Assembly (NCBI GenBank): GCA_949296245.1
Contig: CASFNW010000002.1
Location: 48,454-112,453, forward strand
Direction of reading: 5' to 3'
Source of the DNA: an uncultured bacterium
GTDB lineage: Bacteria > Cyanobacteriota > Vampirovibrionia > Gastranaerophilales > Gastranaerophilaceae
DNA: 64,000 nucleotides
Positions 53,816-63,186 of this stretch are shown piece by piece; position 1 is the first letter of the stretch, and the number at the start of each line of letters is the position of its first letter. The translations under genes were made by a program, and so were the position numbers. The notes beneath the pieces were generated by a model. The model worked only from the letters and a program-made list of their open reading frames with translations. It had not been told where the DNA came from and did no database searches.

Positions 53816-54181
53816 CTATTGCATTATTTTTATCTTAAAATTCTGTACGGGTTGGTTTGTTAAAAGTTTTTTCTGATTTTCCAAAGTATTTTTTATTGAA
53901 AATATCCAGCCTGTTTTTGGATTTACAAACAGGAAAAATGCTGCCTGACTTTCAATAATCCTTTGTTGTTTGTCTATGATTAATTCGCCTTTATCAGAAA
54001 GTTCAAAAACAGTAAAAGATAAAGCATTGGTTACATTGCTGTCAATATATGCATCAAACATTGTGTTGCGCAGCTTTGTCGTATCTTTTAAAACAGGCTG
54101 GCCTTTGTATGTTGTGCACCAGTGGTATAGTTTAGTGATAATTTCATCACGACCGCTGCTGTTTTGATTGTTTGTGTTCAT
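53816..54181 (-). CDS. Hypothetical protein (121 aa) overlapping the 3' end of the GGDEF/HD-GYP gene
   Basis: Its start lies 35 nt inside the upstream gene on the same strand, which suggests co-transcription. I see no RxxxR/DxSxxG PilZ motif. Confidence 0.5.
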   Translation of the reverse strand: MNTNNQNSSGRDEIITKLYHWCTTYKGQPVLKDTTKLRNTMFDAYIDSNVTNALSFTVFELSDKGELIIDKQQRIIESQAAFFLFVNPKTGWIFSIKNTLENQKKLLTNQPVQNFKIKIMQ

Positions 54182-56075
54182 TCATTAATCCTATAAATTC
54201 ATCAACGAGCTTTTCATTCCATTTTTTACCGGATTCAAGCTTTATTATTTCCAGTGCTTCGTCTTTTGTTCTTGCTACTCTGTAGGGGCGGTTTTGTATA
54301 AGTGCAAAATAAGCATCGATTAGTAATATAATTTGTGAAGAAACTGGTATGGAATCACCGCTTAGCTGCTGCGGATAACCTGTACCGTCCCAATTTTCGT
54401 GATGTGCTTCGATTATGGGAACTATATCTGCTATTGTGCTTATGGGTTTTAGTATTTTTCTTGCAGCAATTAACGGATGCTCTTTTATCTGTTTTTTCTC
54501 TTTTTCCGTGAGCGGTTCTTTTTTATTTAGAATCTCTTCAGGAATCATCAATTTGCCGATATCATAAAGAAGCATTGCAATTTTTAGCTTATCAATGTCT
54601 TCTTTTGTCATTTCCATCTTTCTTCCGAGTTCAATTGCCAGTGATACTTTTTCTTTGGTAAGTCCTCTTTTGTAATGATTGTTGTATGTTTGAGCAAGAG
54701 TATCCGCAACAGAAAAAATAGTATCTTTTGTTTCGGCTGTATTAATAGCTTTAAGCTTTGATGTAACTTCTTTGGCTATTTTGTCCGGTATAGGTACTTT
54801 TTGTTTTGTAAGTATGTCCATAAAAGCACCAAAAGCGACTTCATGCCATTCGGCTTCATCTTCTGCTGTTTTTGCGAGAGTTACCCTGTTTCTGCCGTTT
54901 ATCTTCGACTTATACATAGCCTGATCTGTTATATCAAGCAGTTCATCCAATTTAATTGAGTGTTCGGGGAATGTCCCTACACCAAGACTCGCCGTAATAT
55001 GTCCTATTGTATCAAGTTGCTGTGATTCAATTGCAGCACGGATTCTCTCTGCTGCAATCATTGCGCCCGCCGAATCTACACCTGGAAGCAGTACAGAGAA
55101 TTCTTCGCCTCCGAGCCTTGCCGGGACATCGATTGATCTTGCATTCTTTTTGAGAATATCTGCGATTGTTCTTATTGCAAGGTCTCCAAAGAAGTGTCCG
55201 TACGTATCATTAATTTTTTTAAGATAATCTAAATCAAGACTTATTATAGAAAAAGGCTGATGCAGGCGTATAGCACGTTCTGCTTCTTTTTGCAGTGCCT
55301 GATTAAAATATCTTCTGTTATACAGTTCTGTTAATGAGTCTGTAACAGCTTCTTTTTTAAGATTTTCAAACAGGTTTGCTATAGTAATAGCCATTTCTAC
55401 CTGGTTGCCGAACAGTGTAAGAAAGTTTAATTCTTTATCAGTTACTTCTTCTCTCGGAGAAAATATCATCATAACTCCAAATGGTTTGTTTGATGGATTT
55501 AATGGTATGCATATTACGCTTTTGCTTACACCCAATTTATTTATAGAGTCAATGTATTCCGATTTAAAGTCATACAGGAGACTGTTTATTACATCAAGGT
55601 ATTCTGTTGTATGTAATATACTTTTTTCCTCAATAGCTTTAGTAATAAACATTTTTTTGTCATATTTTAAATGATATTCGTGTATATCTATCTCTTTTTC
55701 TTTTAAATATTCTGTAATTTTTTTTAAAATGGGACTTTCTGAAAAGGCTTTTACTTTATAATATTTTCCTTTTTCATCATCACAAACTTGCAGTATTGTA
55801 CTGTTTATATAGCCCATTTCTCCGTGCAGGGAATTTACAAGTTTTTGCAACACACTTGATAACGGCTCTGATGAGTTCATTAATTCCCAGACATGTTTTA
55901 ATGTTAAAAAAGCTTTATTTGCCTGATCAAGCTCCTGGGTTCTTTGCACAATCTCTTTTTCTAAAGCAAGATTTCGTTCGTAAATTTCAATAAATTCTTT
56001 TTTATTATTAGATATACTGTATTCTATTTCATTTAGTTTTCGTGTATATTCTTTGAATTTTTTTAATAAATCCAT
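54147..56075 (-). CDS. Composite c-di-GMP enzyme: coiled coil - GAF-like - GGDEF - HD-GYP
   Basis: 642 aa. Active-site RLGGEEFSVLL with an upstream DxLT..YNRR region. C-terminal HD-GYP (LLYDIGKL, HHENWDGTGYP). Confidence 0.9.
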   Translation of the reverse strand: MDLLKKFKEYTRKLNEIEYSISNNKKEFIEIYERNLALEKEIVQRTQELDQANKAFLTLKHVWELMNSSEPLSSVLQKLVNSLHGEMGYINSTILQVCDDEKGKYYKVKAFSESPILKKITEYLKEKEIDIHEYHLKYDKKMFITKAIEEKSILHTTEYLDVINSLLYDFKSEYIDSINKLGVSKSVICIPLNPSNKPFGVMMIFSPREEVTDKELNFLTLFGNQVEMAITIANLFENLKKEAVTDSLTELYNRRYFNQALQKEAERAIRLHQPFSIISLDLDYLKKINDTYGHFFGDLAIRTIADILKKNARSIDVPARLGGEEFSVLLPGVDSAGAMIAAERIRAAIESQQLDTIGHITASLGVGTFPEHSIKLDELLDITDQAMYKSKINGRNRVTLAKTAEDEAEWHEVAFGAFMDILTKQKVPIPDKIAKEVTSKLKAINTAETKDTIFSVADTLAQTYNNHYKRGLTKEKVSLAIELGRKMEMTKEDIDKLKIAMLLYDIGKLMIPEEILNKKEPLTEKEKKQIKEHPLIAARKILKPISTIADIVPIIEAHHENWDGTGYPQQLSGDSIPVSSQIILLIDAYFALIQNRPYRVARTKDEALEIIKLESGKKWNEKLVDEFIGLMNEHKQSKQQRS

Positions 56076-56302
56076 ATTTTTAGTTTAATTTAGCTTGTAT
56101 GTACCGTGGAGTTTATTATACTACTTTTCTTATATAAATGTAAGATGCTTACAATTGGATTGATATAACAGTTTACACTAAAACAGCTAAAATTGTCATC
56201 CCTTTTATACGTTACGTAATTCGGCGACAGTTCTGTATAGTGATAATAAACATTATCACTATAAATACATCTATTTTTTAATTTGTTATTTCTAATATAA
56301 AT

Positions 56303-56347
56303 AAAAAAAACCTCTTTGCGCAAATTAAAAAGTAATAGCGAAAGAGG
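56303..56347 (-). terminator. Orphan minus-strand rho-independent terminator with no annotated upstream gene
   Basis: On the minus strand: CCTCTTT(C)GC ... GC(G)AAAGAGG stem followed by T8 (plus-strand A8 at 56303-56310). The nearest gene to the right (56567) is on the plus strand. Confidence 0.65.
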
Positions 56348-56566
56348 TGAGCACTAAGTACAAGCAATCAGAAGAGTTGAGGATTTACCTGTTTATAATA
56401 GCGTGTATCTTATGTTTTATCATTGGAGAAAACTACTATGTTGCAATTTTATACTTTCGGGCTATAAATGTTAAGTATCTGCAAATTAAATTTGATTTTT
56501 GTCTTTTTTCGCTGATATAATTGGAAAGATAAAGTTAAATAGTTAAAAGTTTACGTAAACAGGGGA

Positions 56567-57568
56567 ATGAATATGACGACAAAAGTCGCTGTTTTGGGCG
56601 CAGGTATCTGGGGAAAGAATTTAGTCAGAAATTTTTATAATCTGAATTATCTTCATACCGTGTGTGATATGGATGAAGAAAACAGAAAAAAAGTTAATGC
56701 AGATTATCCTGAAATTTATACAACTCCTGATTTTAATGAGGTCTTGAACAATAAAGAAATTAATGCAGTAGTTGTTGCTACACCCAGCCATACACATTTT
56801 AAACTGGTAAAAATGGCATTAGAGGCCGGTAAAAATGTATATGTCGAAAAGCCTATTGCAACAGCAAGCGAAGAAGCTCTTGAGTTGAAAGAACTTGCTG
56901 AATCCAAAGGACTGGTCTTGATGGTAGGACACCTTCTTTTATATCATCCGGCAGTTAACCGCCTCAAAATGATAGTAGAGTCAGGTGAATTGGGCGATAT
57001 CAAGTATGTACAGTCCGATAGATTAAACATAAACTATTTTAAAAACGACAGAAGTGTTATGTGGGATTTAGCTCCGCATGATGTTTCTATGGTCAGCTAT
57101 ATACTCGGAGAAGAACCCAAAAGAGTAATTTCAGCTATGGGTGTAAGCTCAGAAGGTAATGAGATTATGGATATTACTCATATCGAAATTGAGTACGAAT
57201 CAGGCTGTGTTGCTCATATATCAGACAGCTGGATTCATCCGCAAAAAAGAGTAAACCTTATGCTCAGAGGAACTAAAGGTTCTGCAATGTTTGATGATAC
57301 ATTGAAAGAAAATAAGCTTCAGGTATTTAAAAATGATAAACCTAACTCCGGCAGTAATATAGCACTGGATTATATTGAAATTGAACCTCTAAAACTAGAA
57401 TGCGAGCATTTTGTAAAATGTATTGAACAGCATAAAAAAGCAAGAAGTGACGGAGAAAACGGATATTTTGTCGTAAAAATCCTTGAGGATGCAGAAAAAA
57501 TGATGCTCGGTGATAAGTTGAAACTATTAGAACACCACAATTTTGCTTCTTCACGCAGTAAACAATAA
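56567..57568 (+). CDS. Gfo/Idh/MocA family NAD(P)-dependent oxidoreductase
   Basis: VAVLGAGIWGKN Rossmann N-terminus, EKP motif (VYVEKPIA), and a C-terminal alpha/beta domain typical of the family. Confidence 0.85.
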   Translation: MNMTTKVAVLGAGIWGKNLVRNFYNLNYLHTVCDMDEENRKKVNADYPEIYTTPDFNEVLNNKEINAVVVATPSHTHFKLVKMALEAGKNVYVEKPIATASEEALELKELAESKGLVLMVGHLLLYHPAVNRLKMIVESGELGDIKYVQSDRLNINYFKNDRSVMWDLAPHDVSMVSYILGEEPKRVISAMGVSSEGNEIMDITHIEIEYESGCVAHISDSWIHPQKRVNLMLRGTKGSAMFDDTLKENKLQVFKNDKPNSGSNIALDYIEIEPLKLECEHFVKCIEQHKKARSDGENGYFVVKILEDAEKMMLGDKLKLLEHHNFASSRSKQ

Positions 57569-57598
57569 AACATAAATTATAAACACGAGGAGTTTAAA

Positions 57599-58270
57599 AT
57601 GGCTAATCTAATTACTATTATCAGAATGATAATTGCTTTTATTGCAATATGCCTGTTATTTTATCAGACACCGGCATGTTATATTACAGCTTTTGTTTTG
57701 ACGATCATTGCAATCTGGTTTGACGGACTGGACGGTTTTGTCGCAAGACTGCTTAATGAAAGTTCTAAATTCGGTGCTGTGCTTGATATTCTGGGAGACA
57801 GAATTGTAGAAAATATTTATTGGATAGTTTTTGCCGTACTGGGCTGGATACCTGTCTGGGTTCCGTTGATTGTTGTAACAAGAGGCATCTTAACTGACGG
57901 TGTAAGAAGTATTGCTCTGGAACAGGGTTATACAGCATTCGGCGCTACGACAATGATGAAAACAAAACTCGGACATTTCCTTGTTGCCTCAAACTTTTCA
58001 AGAGGTTCTTATGCTGTTACAAAGGCGCTTGCTTTTGCATTGATGATACTGTGCAATTTCCCGTTTGCAACAATGCAGTTATTCTTGCAGGGTGGAGATC
58101 CGACACTGTCAGAACAAGCTTCTTCTGCTTGGGCGACATTTCATAATGTTTGCATAACAATTTGCCCGTTTGCACATTTCTGTGTATATGCAGCGGTTGT
58201 ATTCTGTGTATTAAGAGGTCTGCCCGTACTGATAGAAAGCAGAAGATTTTTTGTAGAGGATAAAAAATAA
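57599..58270 (+). CDS. CDP-alcohol phosphatidyltransferase family protein
   Basis: DGLDGFVARLLNESSKFGAVLDILGDR matches D(x2)DG(x2)AR(x8)G(x3)D(x3)D. Multi-pass membrane protein. Confidence 0.85.
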   Translation: MANLITIIRMIIAFIAICLLFYQTPACYITAFVLTIIAIWFDGLDGFVARLLNESSKFGAVLDILGDRIVENIYWIVFAVLGWIPVWVPLIVVTRGILTDGVRSIALEQGYTAFGATTMMKTKLGHFLVASNFSRGSYAVTKALAFALMILCNFPFATMQLFLQGGDPTLSEQASSAWATFHNVCITICPFAHFCVYAAVVFCVLRGLPVLIESRRFFVEDKK

Positions 58271-58362
58271 ACCAAAAATATATAAAAAAAGAAAACCTGC
58301 CGGTTTTATTGCACATGTGATAAAATGAGAGCAGGTTTTTTAGTGAATACGGTTAAGTAATA

Positions 58363-58827
58363 TTGGACATTAAAACAAAACTGAATATAGTGCTTTATGA
58401 GCCGGAAATTCCTCAAAATACAGGCAATATAGTCCGTCTGGCAGCCTGTACAAATTGTGATGTGTATCTTGTCGGCAAATTAGGTTTTTCAATAGACAGC
58501 AGACACCTAAAACGTGCGGGGCTTGATTACTGGGATTCTGTAAATATAAGAAGAATCGACAAAATAGATGACTTGTGGCAAGAGTTTCCTGACAGTGATT
58601 TTTATTATCTGACAACAAAAACAAAAAATTATTATACTGATGTGAAATATAAAGACGGAGATTTTCTTGTATTTGGGCCGGAAACAAGAGGCCTGCCGGA
58701 AGATTTGATTTTTTCAAAAGGTAATCATTCAATTACAATACCGATGCAGGAAGGTCAAAGAAGCCTCAATCTTTCAAATTCCGTAGCAATAGTTGTGTAT
58801 GAGGCATTAAGACAAACGGGTTATTAA
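58363..58827 (+). CDS. trmL: tRNA (cytidine/uridine-2'-O-)-methyltransferase TrmL (SpoU family)
   Basis: 154 aa. LYEPEIPQNTGNIVRLAA, LVFGPETRGLPE and SLNLSNSVAIVVYEALRQ motifs. TTG start. Confidence 0.9.
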   Translation: MDIKTKLNIVLYEPEIPQNTGNIVRLAACTNCDVYLVGKLGFSIDSRHLKRAGLDYWDSVNIRRIDKIDDLWQEFPDSDFYYLTTKTKNYYTDVKYKDGDFLVFGPETRGLPEDLIFSKGNHSITIPMQEGQRSLNLSNSVAIVVYEALRQTGY

Positions 58828-58829
58828 CT

Positions 58830-59717
58830 ATGGACTGTAAAGAAATTACATTATCAGAGGCAAAATTACTTTTACCTGAAAGACCTCAGGATAGTAACAA
58901 AGGTACATTTGGCAAAGTCTTAAACATTGCAGGATGCTACGAGTATGAGGGTGCAGCATACCTGTCCTCGGTATCAGCATTGAAGACCGGAGCAGGACTT
59001 GTGACACTAGCAGCAATAGAATCGGTTATAAACAATATTGCCGGCATCTGTCCGTGGGTAACATACTATCCGCTCAGAGATTATTACGGTAAATGTATAG
59101 CATCTGATGCTTTCTCGGATTTAAAAGAAATAATAGAGAAATACAATGTTGTTTCTGTCGGACCGGGGCTTTCTGACAGGCCTGCAATATCAGCGTTTGT
59201 TGAAGATTTAGTAAATTATCTGAACAACACAGATAAAAAAGTTGTTATAGATGCAGATGCGATAAATGTTCTTGCAAAATCAGAAATCAAAAAACTGCCT
59301 TCAAATTCCGTTATTACCCCGCATCCTGTAGAATTATCCAGACTTATAAAGGTTCCTGTAGAGATTATTCAGTCTAACAGGACAAAATATGCCGCATTAA
59401 CGGCGAAGCAATTCGGCTGCTGTGTTGTTTTAAAGGGGAATAAGACTGTTATTGCAACAAAAGAAGGAGAAATCCTTATTAACACTAGCGGCAACAGTGC
59501 TCTTGCTAAAGCCGGAAGCGGTGATGTACTGACAGGCATGATTTCCGCATTTACGGCACAGGGCTTGTCTGCCAAAGATGCAGCTATACTCGGCGTTTAT
59601 ATGCACGGACTTACAGGAGAAATTGCATCAGCTGATTTGACGGAATATTCCGTACTCGCAACAGACCAGATAGACTATATTCCTGCTTCTTTCAAAAAAT
59701 TACTGGAGGCTGTATAG
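58830..59717 (+). CDS. nnrD: ADP-dependent NAD(P)H-hydrate dehydratase (YjeF C-terminal domain)
   Basis: KGTFGKVLNIAG, GAAYLSSVSALKTGAGLV, VGPGL, LKGNKTVIA and GSGDVLTGMI motifs. Confidence 0.88.
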   Translation: MDCKEITLSEAKLLLPERPQDSNKGTFGKVLNIAGCYEYEGAAYLSSVSALKTGAGLVTLAAIESVINNIAGICPWVTYYPLRDYYGKCIASDAFSDLKEIIEKYNVVSVGPGLSDRPAISAFVEDLVNYLNNTDKKVVIDADAINVLAKSEIKKLPSNSVITPHPVELSRLIKVPVEIIQSNRTKYAALTAKQFGCCVVLKGNKTVIATKEGEILINTSGNSALAKAGSGDVLTGMISAFTAQGLSAKDAAILGVYMHGLTGEIASADLTEYSVLATDQIDYIPASFKKLLEAV

Positions 59718-60434
59718 TTGGCTGCGTATTTTATCCCATACAGCGTTAATACCGGTAAATACAATATGGATTTTGATGAGTGTATTTTAAATACAGCTAT
59801 TGAGAAAACTTTTGATGAGCCTGTATTAAGGTTTTACGGCTGGTCACCCGCTTGTGTGTCTCTTGGAAGAAACCAGCGAGATAGCCATATCAATAAAGAT
59901 TTTTGTAAATATCACAAAATAGACATTGTAAGAAGGCTTACAGGCGGCAGAGCATTATTGCATGATAATGAGCTTACATATTCTTTTGTGTGTCCAGTAA
60001 AATATTTGAAATACGGAGAATCTGTTATAAATTCCTATAAAGAAATCTCCGGCGCGCTTGCTCTGGGCTTAAAAACAGCAGGAATTAATGCGGATTTTCC
60101 TAAAGATAAAAGAGCTTCTGCAAGCTTTGAATACTGTATGTCTCTTTCTACAGGTGCGGATTTGAGTTATAACGGCAGAAAAATAGCAGGTTCTGCTCAG
60201 TTTAGAAAGCAGGGCTATATTTTGCAGCACGGTTCTATTATGTTTAGCTATAATCCGGACTTGATTCAAAACATTTTTGGCGAAGAGCCGCAGGCTGATA
60301 AAATTACAACGTTAAACGAAATTGCTCCAAATCTAGATCTGGAGCAATTATGTAAATTTTTAAAATCAGGTTTTGAAGAATATTTTAATGCAGACTTTTC
60401 GCCTTGTTCTTCAGCGGCTTTTGAAAAACCATGA
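59718..60434 (+). CDS. Lipoate-protein ligase / octanoyltransferase family (BPL/LPL catalytic domain)
   Basis: RRLTGGRALLHD and GRKIAGSAQFRKQGYILQHGSI (catalytic Lys region). TTG start abutting the nnrD stop. Confidence 0.75.
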   Translation: MAAYFIPYSVNTGKYNMDFDECILNTAIEKTFDEPVLRFYGWSPACVSLGRNQRDSHINKDFCKYHKIDIVRRLTGGRALLHDNELTYSFVCPVKYLKYGESVINSYKEISGALALGLKTAGINADFPKDKRASASFEYCMSLSTGADLSYNGRKIAGSAQFRKQGYILQHGSIMFSYNPDLIQNIFGEEPQADKITTLNEIAPNLDLEQLCKFLKSGFEEYFNADFSPCSSAAFEKP

Positions 60435-61326
60435 TATATTCGTGTTTAAATATATAAAAACCTCCGTAAAGTGCTCTGTATCTCCACAGATTTGCCTGTT
60501 TCCCTTTAGCTTTTTCGTTTCCTTCAATATTTTTAACAATTATTGCTTTTGTAACAAATCCTGCACGATTCATTCTCTCCATACAGCCAAAACTTAAGGG
60601 ATAATATTCGCCTTTAGCATATTTATCTCCGATAATAAGAGCTGCAAATCTGCCGTTTTCAAGCTGTTCATAACCGTTTCTTGCAACTTCTTCAAACAAA
60701 TCATAAAATTCATCAGTTGTTGCACAGTTAGACAAATCTTCTTTTTTATCCGAAAACTTGATAATATCGTCATAAGGCGGATGAAGCACTAAAAACTGTG
60801 CCTTATCAGCACCCATTACAGCAAGCCTGTCCTGTATTTTTACACCGATATCAGAAGAAGCACTGTCTCCGCAGATAATGTTAACATCGGTTACAAGGGT
60901 TTTAGGTTCAAATTTGTTGCTGACATAATCGACAAGTTCCTGTTTGAGCTCAACTCCGATGCATCTTCTGCCCATATTAACTGCTTCTATACCTGACGTG
61001 CCTGAGCCAAAGAACATATCAAGAACAATATCACCTTTTTTTGTAAATCTTTCATACAGCTGCTGTGCAATTTGAGGGATGTAATTTCCGTGATAATCAT
61101 AAGAATGACCGTTGCTTTTATCCCGGGATTGAAATTCCCATAATGTATCTGTCAAAACATGGGAGTAGTCTTTCCAGTTATTTAAATCTATGTCATTATA
61201 CGGTTTTGTAAGAGGCTTTTTAGGTACCTCTGCAACACGCAAATCAGGTTTTTGCTGTATTTTTGTTTTTAAATTTGATTTTTTAACTGCCAAAATCATA
61301 TCCCTCACTTTAGTATCTACAACCAA
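60385..61326 (-). CDS. SAM-dependent DNA (N6-adenine or N4-cytosine) methyltransferase, orphan, with motif I preceding the (D/H)PPY motif
   Basis: TDTLWEF...HGNYIPQIAQQLYERFTKKGDIVLDMFFGSGTSGIEA..GRRCIGVE resembles the C-terminal half of N4/N6 MTases. About 80 aa later comes FLVLHPPYDDII. No restriction gene is adjacent. The start is uncertain (TTG 61326 or ATG 61299). Confidence 0.65.
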   Translation of the reverse strand: MVVDTKVRDMILAVKKSNLKTKIQQKPDLRVAEVPKKPLTKPYNDIDLNNWKDYSHVLTDTLWEFQSRDKSNGHSYDYHGNYIPQIAQQLYERFTKKGDIVLDMFFGSGTSGIEAVNMGRRCIGVELKQELVDYVSNKFEPKTLVTDVNIICGDSASSDIGVKIQDRLAVMGADKAQFLVLHPPYDDIIKFSDKKEDLSNCATTDEFYDLFEEVARNGYEQLENGRFAALIIGDKYAKGEYYPLSFGCMERMNRAGFVTKAIIVKNIEGNEKAKGKQANLWRYRALYGGFYIFKHEYIMVFQKPLKNKAKSLH

Positions 61327-61379
61327 AGTATAAGGAATTGTGAAGAAATATGAATCATAATAATAGATGAAATTTGAAA

Positions 61380-63146
61380 CTATACTGTCCTATGGAAGAA
61401 TGAGGCAATTTCTTTTTCACTGAAAGAGTGCACAATAGGCCGTCCGTGCGGGCATGTATACGGCATTTTTGTCGTTTTCCATTTTTTTATAAGCTCTTCC
61501 ATCTGCCATAAGTTAAGCTCAGCTCCCGCTTTAACAGCAGCTTTGCACGACATTGTAACAAGCATTTGTTCCTCGAGATTATTTAAATCGCCGTGGAGAT
61601 TTTCCAGTATATCAGCAAGAATATCTTTGACTTTTACATGTGATATTACCTGAGGAATTTTCTTAAATACAATTTCATTTTCGGAAACCTTTTGTATTTC
61701 ATAGCCAAAGCGTTTCAGCTTTTCGCTGTTGTCAACCAAAAGCTGGACATCTGCGGGTTCTAAGTTCAACACATCTGATATCAATAAGAGCTGAGACGGA
61801 ATATTTTCTTTTTTTAAATTCTCTTGAAGCTGTTCAAATATATATCTTTCATCTGCAATATGCTGGTCTACTATTTTCAGCTCCGTGTCTTCTTCAAATA
61901 TAATATATGTGTTTCTGTACTGTCCTATTATATTTATTGTTTCTTCAACATGTACAGTTTTTTGTAAATCCAAATCAATTTGTTTCACTTCTAATTCAAA
62001 TTGCCTTGAATTAGACTGTTTTATTTCATCAAATCTGTCATCAGATATGTAAACAGTGTCATCGTCCTTTTTATCCTGTTCTATCCCATGAGTGTTTATT
62101 GTGTTGTAATTTCCGAAAGGAATAACCACATTATCAGTGGTATCAGGTTTTTGTATTTTGAAATTTGACAGGGCATCAATAATAGAGCCGTAAATAAAAT
62201 TGAATATCTGGTTTGGATTTTTGTACCGAACTTCCTTTTTAGTCGGATGAACATTAACATCAACATCGCATGCCGGAATTTCAAGATTTATGCAGACAAA
62301 GGGGTACTTCCCTGCAGGAAGCATATTTTTGTATGCAGTATCAATGGCTTTTAGGATAACAGGACATTTTACAACTCTGTTGTTTACAAAAACGTAAATG
62401 GATTTTTTTGTAGAACGTGTAAAATCAGGTGTGGAACAGAATCCTGTTGCATGAAGTTTTGACAGTTCATCTTTTTTATTTATCTTTTTCAACTCACCTG
62501 CAATTGAATTTGAATAAATTTCTGTCAGTACACACAATAAATCCCCGCTTCCGGATGTTTTAAGAGGAGTTTTTCCTTCATTTATAAGGGTAATCGAAAT
62601 ATCGGGATGCGCAATAGCTATGCTTTGCAGAATTTCTGCAATATATGAGAGTTCTACTTTTTCCGATTTTAAGAATTTTTGTCGAACAGGTGTATTATAA
62701 AAAAGGTCATTAACCTCCATTGTAGTTCCAATTGCACAGGCCGCAGGTGTGGATTTTACATTGGATTCTTCACATTCAACCTTTGTACCGGTTTCAAAAT
62801 CTTTTGTTCTTGTAGTACAGATTACTTTTGCAATTGATATTATACTTGCAAGTGCTTCTCCTCTAAAACCCATTGTATGTATGTCAAAGAGGTCATCAGC
62901 ATTTTCTATTTTGCTTGTAGCATGTTTTGAAAAAGCAAGCTCTATATCATCAGGGTGAATTCCGGATCCATTGTCTGAAACACGTATTGACAGACAATCT
63001 TTGCTTATTTCAACTTCAACACGTGTAGCACCTGCGTCTATTGAATTTTCGACAAGTTCTTTTACAACGGAAGCCGGTCTTTCTATTACCTCTCCCGCTG
63101 CTATCTGGTTTATCAGTTGTCTTGATAACTGCTTAATTCTTTTCAT
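61380..63146 (-). CDS. mutL: DNA mismatch repair protein MutL
   Basis: GHKL ATPase motifs (IAAGEVIERPASVVKELVENSIDAG, DNGSGI, GFRGEAL), C-terminal dimerisation domain, and the CPHGRP motif. Confidence 0.95.
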   Translation of the reverse strand: MKRIKQLSRQLINQIAAGEVIERPASVVKELVENSIDAGATRVEVEISKDCLSIRVSDNGSGIHPDDIELAFSKHATSKIENADDLFDIHTMGFRGEALASIISIAKVICTTRTKDFETGTKVECEESNVKSTPAACAIGTTMEVNDLFYNTPVRQKFLKSEKVELSYIAEILQSIAIAHPDISITLINEGKTPLKTSGSGDLLCVLTEIYSNSIAGELKKINKKDELSKLHATGFCSTPDFTRSTKKSIYVFVNNRVVKCPVILKAIDTAYKNMLPAGKYPFVCINLEIPACDVDVNVHPTKKEVRYKNPNQIFNFIYGSIIDALSNFKIQKPDTTDNVVIPFGNYNTINTHGIEQDKKDDDTVYISDDRFDEIKQSNSRQFELEVKQIDLDLQKTVHVEETINIIGQYRNTYIIFEEDTELKIVDQHIADERYIFEQLQENLKKENIPSQLLLISDVLNLEPADVQLLVDNSEKLKRFGYEIQKVSENEIVFKKIPQVISHVKVKDILADILENLHGDLNNLEEQMLVTMSCKAAVKAGAELNLWQMEELIKKWKTTKMPYTCPHGRPIVHSFSEKEIASFFHRTV

Positions 63147-63186
63147 TTCTCCGCCCTCAATCTTTATTCTATAATAATTCCTCAGT

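Noticed and set aside
56090-56323. 77-aa minus-strand ORF in the large intergenic gap
   Set aside because: Its TTG start lies inside the terminator hairpin. The composition is AT-rich and Asn/Ile/Tyr-heavy, and there is no SD. It is probably spurious.
59718-60434. The 50-nt convergent overlap between the lipoate-ligase-family gene and the methyltransferase as a possible frameshift or mis-assembly
   Set aside because: Both proteins reach their expected C-terminal family motifs before the overlap, and both reading frames are uninterrupted. The overlap involves only short non-conserved tails.
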